A stretch of DNA of 60,752 bases, the filler included, from Circinaria calcarea (taxonomy: Eukaryota), in the NCBI GenBank assembly GCA_051942165.1. It is 7 parts of 7 records of this genome, joined end to end, with 100 filler letters (N's around TTAATTAATTAA, not from the genome) between each part and the next. Parts side by side here need not be neighbours in the genome. Positions count along the whole stretch, not along the records: positions 1 to 8,604 come from JAVECS010001081.1; 6 more parts are not named here. The stretch is one strand, 5' to 3'. The stretch's first letter is position 1; each line of letters begins with the position of its first letter. Below are positions 1-8,704 of the stretch, in pieces. Below the pieces are notes generated by a model. It saw only the letters and a list, made by a program, of their open reading frames with translations. It was not told the origin of the DNA and did no database searches. The translations under genes and the position numbers were made by a program.

Positions 1-472
1 GCGCAGAGACACGCCGGCCGCGAATATTTACGGGTATGCAATCCTCTTGGGCCTGGGGATGACGACCACTCAGGCAGGATATGCGGTAGGGCCCCTCCTG
101 GTGAAGCCAGACCGGGTCGCCGAGGTCATCCAATTCTTGAATATATCCCAGGGCCAAAGCCAGCTCATCGGCCTGACCATCGCCAGTGCCATCTTCCAGA
201 GCATGACCTTCTCAGGCTTGAAAACTGTCTTGGCTGGAACAGGATATCCGGACAGCGAAATCCAAGCCGCTATCGCCGGCGCCAGGAGCACGGTGCTCCA
301 AACGACAATTCCGGAGCTCCGCGCCCAATGCATCGATGTCATTGTGCGGAGTATCGATAATGTATGGGTATTGGTCATCGTTGCTGGTGCCTTATATACT
401 CTCTGCTCCTGTTTCTTGACACGCAAACGGTTGAGGTCGAAGGATGTTGGAGATGCCATCCCTGCGAAATGA
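1..472 (+). CDS. MFS (DHA2/efflux-type) transporter, 3' end only (5'-truncated by the window/contig edge)
   Basis: The frame is open from base 2 (RRDTPAANIYGYAILLGLGMTTTQAGYAVG...FLNISQGQSQLIGLTIASAIFQ...IDNVWVLVIVAGAL...) and matches the last TM helices of fungal 14-TM efflux pumps. TGA at 470-472. Confidence 0.85.
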   Translation, partial: RRDTPAANIYGYAILLGLGMTTTQAGYAVGPLLVKPDRVAEVIQFLNISQGQSQLIGLTIASAIFQSMTFSGLKTVLAGTGYPDSEIQAAIAGARSTVLQTTIPELRAQCIDVIVRSIDNVWVLVIVAGALYTLCSCFLTRKRLRSKDVGDAIPAK

Positions 473-533
473 TGCAGTATGCACGATTGGCCACTTGATA
501 GAAGAAGGGTTGTATAGCTGGATGCGGATCTTT

Positions 534-601
534 AATTGACTATGGCATTGTGCAAATGGCTTTCAATTGACTATGGCATTGTGCAAATGGCTTTCAATTG
601 A
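534..601. repeat. Perfect 31-bp tandem duplication (AATTGACTATGGCATTGTGCAAATGGCTTTC x2, plus 6 bp)
   Basis: Read directly: units at 534-564 and 565-595, partial third unit at 596-601. Confidence 0.95.
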
Positions 602-1062
602 ATCTGATATCGAGGGCTCCGAGCTGGGGACAAAGTGGACTAGGAGGATGGGGCCTACGAGTTTCATGGGCGGATCGGGGATTGGGGATTGTGCGACCCG
701 GTTTTTGCGGTGGCTTATCAACTCCGGACCGGTAAAAGTTTCTTTTTAGAACGAGGACTTGCGAGGGAAGCCATGGTCGATGGGTTAAATCAAATATTAA
801 ATTGATAGTGCTAGTAATAAATATCTCTGCATATTTCCATTATCTTGCAATCTGGAAAAGTTAAGACGGACATAACGGTGTTATCGGCGTTTGGCCCAAT
901 GCCTCAATAAATTAGTTACGGTATCACAACTCCGGCTCCGCGAATGCACTCCGGTACTCCTTTGGGATATTGCGGAGACGGGCTGATAGTCCAGCGTAAA
1001 GGTATATATCTAGGTGCCCCTCAGCAGTCATATCCCATCCACAAGCGATAGCAGAGACAGAA

Positions 1063-2509
1063 ATGAGCCTACCAAAGACTTACAAGCAGGCCGTGTTCAA
1101 GGAGGCGGGGGCTCCCCTAACAGTGGAAGAAGCGGAGTTAACCCCACCTAGCAAAGGAGAGGTGCTAGTCAAGGTCGAGGCATGCGGCGTGTGTTTCTCG
1201 GACATGTTTGCGCAACATAACATGATGGGAGGCGGCTTGTAGGTATTTTCTGCTCCCAAACTTATGTATAGCATGGGCATTGGGGCTGGTCTATGTTGCC
1301 GTCAAAGGGTTGATGGCATTGTTGCTATGACAATCCCATGGGATTAGCCGACAATGGCAGAGCTAATCGATTTTGGCAATTTAGTCCTATTGTCCCAGGC
1401 CATGAAATCATTGGACATGTCGCTGCTGTCGGCGACGACGTGGCAGTGTGGAAGGTTGGTGATCGAATTGGTGGAGCATGGCACGGAGGTCACGATGGTG
1501 GGTTCCATAGGCGTCACTAATCCACGATGAAGAGAGTGTGACATGACTAATCCTTTCTATCCGAGGTAGGTACCTGCAAGGCATGCAAAAAGGGCTTCTT
1601 CCAGATGTGTGACAATGGAGTGGTTAATGGGGAAACGAAGGGTGGTGGATGTAAGTGCTCCTTGAACTGTCTGTTGAGGAAACTAACATGAACACTAGAT
1701 GCCGAATACTGCAAGCTGCGCACCGAAGCCGCGGTTCGAATTCCTACCCACGTTGACGCCGCAAAGTACGCACCCATTCTCTGCGCCGGGGTGACTGTCT
1801 TCAACTCAATGCGCCGAATGAACATTCCACCGGGAGCAACCGTTGGTGTTCAAGGGTTTGGTGGTCTCGGACATCTGGCAATTCAATACGCCAACAAGTT
1901 TGGATACCGCGTTGTCGCGCTGTCTCGTGACTCTCAGAAAGAAAAGTTTGCAAGGGAGCTGGGTGCACATGAGTACATTGACGCCACCAAGGGCGATACA
2001 GGGGAGGCATTGCAAAAGCTAGGAGGGGCATCGCTGATCGTTACCACGGCCCCAAGTGCAGAGGTCATGACGCCGTTACTGAAGGGACTTGGTATGCTGG
2101 GAAAGTTACTGATCCTATCAGGTAAGTTTGCCGTCGTCAAGTCCATGCTTCAGAAAGTGGTCCTGATATGGTGCGATAGTTCCTGGTGATGTGACAATAA
2201 ACACTGGTATTATGGTAAGGCGAGACTGCTAACAGATCGAGGGCAAAGCACAGCTGATTGTTTAACAGATCCGCTATGGACTTTCGGTCCAATCTTGGCC
2301 CAGCGGCCACGCCACTGACTCGGAGGAGGCAATCGCATTCACCGAGATGGAGAACATTGACTGCATGGTTGAGAAATTCCCATTGAGGAAGGCCAATGAT
2401 GCTTTTGGTAACATTCTTGGACCATGAGTACTTTCGTCACTAATTTTGGCTCACAGACGCAATGATAAAGGGGACTGTCCGGTTTAGAGCCGTGATCACA
2501 ATGGAATAG
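1063..2509 (+). CDS. Zinc-dependent (MDR family) alcohol dehydrogenase, 7 exons
   Basis: Spliced translation MSLPKTYKQAVF...ACGVCFSD...PIVPGHEIIG...CKACKKGFFQMC...APILCAGVTVFN...GVQGFGGLGHLAIQYA...FRAVITME*. It has the GHE catalytic-Zn motif, a Cys cluster and GxGxxG. Six GT-AG introns (~1239-1384, ~1499-1569, ~1651-1698, ~2122-2179, ~2214-2268, ~2408-2456). Confidence 0.93.
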
Positions 2510-2641
2510 ATTGCAGGAATAGGGGATAGAGGAGGTGAGAGACAACAGGCTAGCAATATTCCTCCAGTACCCGCAAGTGGGTTGTGGCCGTCTTCATCCC
2601 ATAGTGTTGAATACAGAGAAGTCAAGGAATCAAGCCAACTC

Positions 2642-2768
2642 GAGTAGATAGCTTAGTTTACTCTCATGGCATAAAGAATATTTCCACCATTTACCAGTGA
2701 AAGCGCGAAAGGCTCCAGGCGGGGAATATGACCAGAATTGGGTTCAAATCCCATTAGCACTGCTTTTG
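2642..2768 (+). other. Degenerate tRNA-like sequence (tRNA pseudogene or SINE-like relic)
   Basis: A-box-like TAGCTTAGTT near 2649, then GTGAAAGCG, then a T-arm TGGG-TTCAAAT-CCCA near 2739-2753 and a T5 run at ~2764-2768. The acceptor and anticodon stems do not pair. Confidence 0.3.
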
Positions 2769-3773
2769 GTGGTTTCCCCGTCCTGTTTTCTGTAGGTTAG
2801 GCCTGGTCGTTAGCAATTCACCGCTCTAACTCCGACACTCCTTTGGGGAGGTGTTATTCTCGTGCAGCCTCTTTCAGATTCTCGGAAAATAACAAGTAAT
2901 CAAAGTCAGGTCGCACAGATGACCGTCGCATGGCCGCCACGTGTCGACGGAACCGCATCTTGCATCCACAACGCTACTTACTTCCATATAGATCTTGCCT
3001 TGTCAGGATTATTTGTTTCAACCATACCTAACTCAAGACTTTACCTTTTGGGGAGACCGACCCACCGCGGTAATGGCTATCCCAGGCACTACTCCTCTCC
3101 ATCAGCGAGTAGCGATGATGAAGGCTGTGCCTCAGCCTAGTCATATACGAGGTTACAGAGCAAGTGGTACTAAGCCAAATAAGTCCTCGGTAGATGTGGC
3201 AAGATAAAGGTTGAACCAGGGCAGGATCATCCCATCCTATGTCCACTACGGCTCAGTTAGTCGTCAAGGGGGAAAGATGGACGACCTATGGCTTACTTTT
3301 TTCTCCGAAACTCCAGAGGCAAAGCCTCTGCAGATAATGTGCTCGATTAATTCGTATAACGTGTGAATTATTGCTGAAAATTCTGGTGTAACGTTTCGCG
3401 CTAAGCTAGTACCTCGTGACCTCGGTATATAGTTCACCCCTAGGGTTCGTAGGGGTTCTCTGGTAGAGACCCTTACAACACTAATCCTATAATTCACTAT
3501 AGTATTAATATGTTAAGGGGGTGATAACATGGCTTGATTGTGTTCTTAGATCTAGTAGCGTACGCCTCGAAGTATAAGAACGGTTTACCATCTGGGTTCT
3601 AATGTGATCATTAATTAGACCATATCGACAGTTCTGGTGACACTAATTGCGTTCATGGGGTAATCTTTCCCCGGAACATGTTTGGCTAAACGAACGTTGT
3701 CTGGCCCAGCTGCGCTCGTCGAGACCGACTTATCCGCTCCTTCATGGTCTGTGAGATTGTTGTAATAACTGTA

Positions 3774-4910
3774 TCATGTTTTCGAGCTGTACTCTGTCTG
3801 CTGGAAGCCCGTGGTATGGGATGTAGAGTTCAGAGACCTTTGCAATTTTGACACCGATAAACCAATTGAAGAATAAAGGCCACCAATACTGGCCGAAATC
3901 GATGTGCCTTTGGGCAAAAGCGGCCGGTACGTCGGAAAATAGCAGCAGATAACTGCAAAAGCAAGCTGGATTATAAACCACATACCACTATTGTTTTGGT
4001 CATCTAATCATATATGAGTAGATAGCAGTACACCAAGGGAAAGGGACCTCACATAGAGAAAGCTGGGGCTTGTAGGTGATCTTCATTCGTATAATACTAA
4101 TAATTCCAACACTAGGAGCACAATCAGTTCCATAGGGTTTAAAGTAAAAATTGATAGTGACTTACAAGCCCGCCATGACAAAGATGAGACACAGTGATTT
4201 TATGTGGTAAAGGTAGCTTTAGATTCCTAACCACTCCAACAGGAAGAAAGACAATAACGAAGTCTAGAATACAGTTTGGTATCTCTTCTCCAAGGAAAAA
4301 AGCTGTAATGTCGATACACGTCCCCGGGAGCAAGGGTTCCCAGCTTTTCTGAACAGGTGTGCATTTGAACAAAGTGGCAGAACGCTTGCTACCCACCATA
4401 GCAAGCAGAGAGTACCAACAACGTTGCTAGCGATCCGAAAGCCTCTACCGGACAGGAACACTCTTCGATATAGGAGTAGAACGCTGAATTTTGCCGCAGT
4501 AATTGTGAATACGCCAAGTACTAGAGCAGCGTATACAGCCTAACACAGAAAGAGTGAGTCTTAAATAGAGTGCTCCAATCAGCTGTACACCTATACCTTT
4601 AACGCTCTCTCCAGGACCAATGGCGGCAAGGCAAGGGGATTAAGACCGCCGCCGTTGAGTAGACCTAAGCAGACAGATGCTAAATAAGACACCGGTACAA
4701 GAACAAAGAGCTCTTGCCGTATATATTCATGGCTACATATGCCAGAAACAAAATTAGGCCGATGCACGCCCAGTAATCGTCAGCTTTGAACGCGGTTCTG
4801 GTCTTTAGTCTGGCGAGAAAGCGTAAAAGCACAGCGATAACGCTTAGTGCGGACAGCGATGCACAAAGCTTGATGGTCTGACGATAGAAAACAGGATCGT
4901 AATATCTCAT
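3774..4910 (-). pseudogene. PTH11-like (fungal rhodopsin-domain) integral membrane protein, apparently frameshifted
   Basis: MRYYDPVF...VIAVLLRFLARLKTRTAFKADDYWACIG; TLFKCTPVQKSWEPLLPGTCID; NCILDFVIVFLPVGVVRNLKLPLPHKI; WFIIQLAFAVICCYFPTYRPLL. Frame breaks near 4190 and 4095 are needed to recover the expected IFVMAGL and IRMKI segments. Confidence 0.7.
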
Positions 4911-5238
4911 CGTATCGGATTGAGACCAAGTGGCATTTGACTCTATTAAGCGCAACAGGTTCGATTTATTTGAGAAAGAGAGCACAGAATTCCGACGGCA
5001 AACGAACAGATTGATTGAAGTAATATATAAATAGAAATAGGAACAAGCTCGGAAAAGGCATTGAGAACTTTTCAAAGCCATCAACCATTCTGATGGTGGG
5101 ACCCCCTTTCGTGATTCGCACACTGTCTGGCAACTGTTAGCAAACCCGAAACTGCAGAATCTCTGCGCCTGTGTGGTATAGTTCAAGGAGGGTGATATCC
5201 AGAAAGAGGGGAAGCAACCCGATCAACGTCAATCGCTG

Positions 5239-5401
5239 CAAGGCCTCCGATAGTGCTGCCAGTGCAGTGCGACTTGGCATTTCACCGTACAGCTTGCACT
5301 GCTAAGCCTGTACTATCGGTGTAGCTACGCTGTCAGTATGCACTGCCAGTACAGTTAGGCCCCCGCACCGCACTGCACCGGCTGCACTATTGGAGGACTT
5401 G
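5239..5401. mobile_element. hAT-like MITE, 163 bp, ~33-bp TIRs, 8-bp TSD AATCGCTG
   Basis: Left end CAAGGCCTCCGATAGTGCTGCCAGTGCAGTGCG; reverse complement of right end CAAGTCCTCCAATAGTGCAGCCGGTGCAGTGCG. Identical AATCGCTG at 5231-5238 and 5402-5409. Confidence 0.9.
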
Positions 5402-5529
5402 AATCGCTGCTGATAACAGGGAGTTTGAGGGCCACTGCAGTGGAACGGTAATGATCTGCAGGTCCCGGTCCCCACGCCGTAACAGAAGTAGAGTTAATAA
5501 ACGGGGCTATCCTCATTCTTGAAGCAGTA

Positions 5530-5672
5530 CAGAGGCTGGACAGCTCGGGCTAGAACACACCAGGGTGGTATTCTACTGCACCGGCCGTTTTTGTGTGGGA
5601 AAACAGGCATCAGGGTCAGTGTTCATCATAATACGGCCCCCGTGTATTCTAGCCCGAGCCGTCCGGCCTCGG
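5530..5672. mobile_element. Tc1/mariner-like MITE, 143 bp, ~31-bp TIRs, TA TSD
   Basis: TA|CAGAGGCTGGACAGCTCGGGCTAGAACACAC on the left; reverse complement of the right end is TA|CCGAGGCCGGACGGCTCGGGCTAGAATACAC. TA at 5528-5529 and 5673-5674. Confidence 0.85.
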
Positions 5673-5754
5673 TAGGAGGTGCCCCTGGTAATGGCAGCTG
5701 AACCAGCATCGTACAGTAGCAGTCTGTGGTTGGGATGGCATGCATAAAGAGAAG

Positions 5755-5790
5755 GTGCTCCGAGAGTGCTCCGAGAGAGTGCTCCGAGAG
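5755..5790. repeat. Short tandem repeat, GTGCTCCGAGA(GA) x3
   Basis: gtgctccgagagtgctccgagagagtgctccgagag read directly. Confidence 0.8.
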
Positions 5791-6332
5791 CGCGCAGGGA
5801 CATTCATGTTGTGCGGTAAGGCTAGCATGGAGTCATTCGGGACTTCAGTCCCTCGCCTTGCGAGTTCGTAAGATACAGGTATCTTACAGTCTCACACCTG
5901 AGCGATAACCGTAGACGTAATTTTTAAGAAAAGGTTCTCTTAGGCTAGCCTGGATCGTGTGCGAAGGGTTAAATGACGCCGTAGAGGATATCTTGGCTGC
6001 CTTCAGACAGAAGCCCTTTGATACCAAACTTGAGTTGAAGGGACAACAAGTACGGATTTCGAAGTATGAAACCTTAAACTTATCAGATACCATAAGCTCT
6101 CCAGCGGCGCGAGCGAGCCATCTCTCGCCCAAAGTGCCTTGGCGCCCTGAGCCATTGGCGTTGTCTTATGTCGGTCTTTTACTGGCTCCTCCAGTGTCTT
6201 TTGCTCTTGACCTGGTCTAATAGCAGCTGTATATGGGAGGTGGAAGAAGTGGCATAGAGAAATAGGCCGCGTGGCCATGAAGGCGGGACGTGCTTTACGC
6301 TCCCTGACTCATCCCCCCGAGTTTCTTCCATA

Positions 6333-6637
6333 CAGTGTACAGATAGCTCGGGCTAGAATCCTCCACTACCGTGCCATAATGCACAAGGATAAACGCAAGG
6401 GTATTCACCTGATTTCTCTGCAGCGTTTTAATACTTTTCCCCGAGTCTTTGCCACAACACCGCATGGAGAAAAGAATGGTGGTCTTGTGAAAGATGATGC
6501 GCTTAAGCAAAGAACTATCAGCTGTAGCAAAGTTGTATTTCTGCCACTAAGTGTACCGTACCCTGTCAGTAACAAAAGCGGTGTGTACAAAGGCCCATGA
6601 ATGCCACTAAGGATTCTAGCCCGTGTTATCTGTTCTG
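6333..6637. mobile_element. Tc1/mariner-like MITE (~305 bp) related to the 5530-5672 element
   Basis: Left TA|CAGTGTACAGATAGCTCGGGCTAGAATCC; reverse complement of right end TA|CAGAACAGATAACACGGGCTAGAATCC. It shares the core CGGGCTAGAA with the 5530 element. Confidence 0.75.
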
Positions 6638-7029
6638 TAAGTCTCCACACGCAATTTTAGGCAGACAGATGTTTAGGATTACGCAGACGGAATACCATTC
6701 CTACTCACTCCTCTCTTCTGTAACCACGGAGCCTCTCACAAATAAATCCTTATGGATCCTTGGAACATAATCCAGGGTCGGGAAAGCATAGCATCGTGAC
6801 AACCTCATTCACAGATTTAGCATACAGGCAGAGTTGAGGCGTCTTAAGCTCCGAGCTTTTTCCTGATAGGTCGAAGCAGAAGGTTTCATGTGCGGTGGAG
6901 CTCAGAGAACCCGTTCACATTCGAGCCTAAAAGAATACTTCCATTACCATTTATCTAATCGAACATCTTCCTCAGCTCCACAACGATTGGCTAGCTCCTA
7001 TTCTCATCTGGACCGTTTAGCCACGAATC

Positions 7030-8055
7030 ATGGCTACCGAGCTATCTAGACAAATTGATGAGAAGCCTCTCGTAGCCCAAAGGCCCAGGGAGATGCAAGT
7101 CCTTTGTTTGGGACGCTCACGCACGGGCACCATGTGTGGGCTCTCCCAACCCTACCACCTCTCTTGCGCTGACTGCACGACGAGTAGCCATCTATACTGC
7201 CCTCAACCAGCTGGGATTTCGGTGCTATCATATGGCCGAGGTGCCTAAGAACAAGAAGGAAAGGCACTTTTACTACTGATATGAGGCAATGGTTGCCAAG
7301 TTCTACGGCAAAAGAAAGCTATACGGTCTAGCTGAGTTGGACAAGATTCTCCAGAATTATGGCGTCAGAACCTAAGTTTGTCCATCTCGTTACTGGCAGA
7401 CTCACGTCTCTTTGACAGACTGTGACTGACATTCCTTGCATCCTCTTTTCAGATGAGCTCATCGCAGCTTACCCTAACGCAAAAGTCATACTCACCAATC
7501 GAGATGTTGATAAGTGGTTGGCATCTATGGAGAGCCTCTATACAGTTCTAGGCTGGAGGATGACGAAGCTTGTGGCCAAGCTCGACTCTGTACGTCCAGA
7601 GCCTTATACCAATGACATTCACACAATCCCCTAAAGTGTAGTCCTTTCCCTACACAGGAAACAGAGCTAACACATATCTCTAGGACATCCGCAAGTATAT
7701 GGAAATGCTCCAAATGACCCTAGAAGCTTGGACATCCGGCGATTGGCAGAGCCGCACCGAGCTTCGAAAAGGGTTCTTCCAGCATTACGACCACATACGC
7801 TCCGTCGTGCCAAAAGACAGACTGCTCGAGTTTCGATCCGAGGACGGTTGGGTGCCCTTGTGTAAGTTCCTGAACCAGCCGATCCCGGAGACACCATATC
7901 CGCACGTCAACAAAGGAGACAACCTTCTTGTGTTGCACCGCATTCTGCTCGGGGTGACGGCCTTGAAAATACTCGCTAAAAGCGCTGCGTGGGCATCTAC
8001 TGCGGGAATTGTGGCTTGGGCAGCTTGGTATTATCAATATAGATCTGGGGAATAG
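7030..8055 (+). pseudogene. Sulfotransferase-4-like P-loop protein (often annotated as NAD-dependent epimerase/dehydratase), with an in-frame TGA
   Basis: MQVLCLGRSRTGTM..YTALNQLGFRCYHM; TDIPCILFSDELIAAYPNAKVILTNRDVDKWLASM; VPKDRLLEFRSEDGWVPLCKFLNQPIPETPYPHVN, then a C-terminal TM helix. Exon 2 reads HFYY*YEAMVAK, with TGA at 7277-7279. Confidence 0.8.
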
Positions 8056-8604
8056 TAGACAAACATGAGTTGTCTAGCTATACATTAATAAAAACAATCG
8101 AGAAGGAGAGTTCCAACGAATCCGTGCCCTTCTATTAAATTAGTACCGTAGATGATGAACGTTCTACCCGGTAGAAGAAAGATTAGTGTCCCCTTAATTT
8201 ATGTCTAAACACTTCAGAAATCGAAAGACGGATATAATCAAGAAACCGGCGATAACGCAGGGAAAAAGGTAAGACCAAATAGGGTTGGATGAAATGCCAA
8301 TTTAGAATCTCAGTGAAACAAACGGCTAAGACTATTTCTTGAGAGGGCAGTAATGATGGTGCGGTGCGGGGGGTCTCGGTAGAATCAGCCGTGGTTTACG
8401 TAAATAAAAATAAAATAAACGTCCTGGATTATACTATATTACGCAACGATTGGCCGATCTTTTTAATATTATTAATATTTAAATTTTAAAATAAAATAGA
8501 ACGCCTAAATTACCACCGGATATAATTATTTATAAATTTATTTTTTATTTCCGTTTTAAAATTTATTTATATTTCTCGGCCTCTTCCCGTTCTATATATT
8601 AAAG

Positions 8605-8704
8605 NNNNNNNNNNNNNNNNNNNNNNNNNNNNNNNNNNNNNNNNNNNNTTAATTAATTAANNNNNNNNNNNNNNNNNNNNNNNNNNNNNNNNNNNNNNNN
8701 NNNN
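8605..8704. other. Artificial contig linker (N44-TTAATTAATTAA-N44)
   Basis: An identical 100-bp spacer with stops in all six frames recurs six times in the window. Confidence 0.99.

Noticed and set aside
2862..3620. Short ORFs and a TpA-rich patch
   Set aside because: No recognisable motif or splice structure. Possibly a decayed gene or TE, but unsupported.
5800..6300. Overlapping 80-90 aa ORFs between the MITEs, as a transposase remnant
   Set aside because: No DDE, HTH or FAR1 motif that I could recognise with confidence.
8340..8604. Very AT/TpA-rich contig end
   Set aside because: Probably a RIP-degraded repeat, but no terminus or coding remnant can be identified.
8605..8704. Recurrent TTAATTAATTAA motif every ~8.7 kb, as a biological periodic element
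   Set aside because: Always centred in 44+44 Ns with stops in all six frames. It is an assembly concatenation linker, and ORFs running into it are artefacts.
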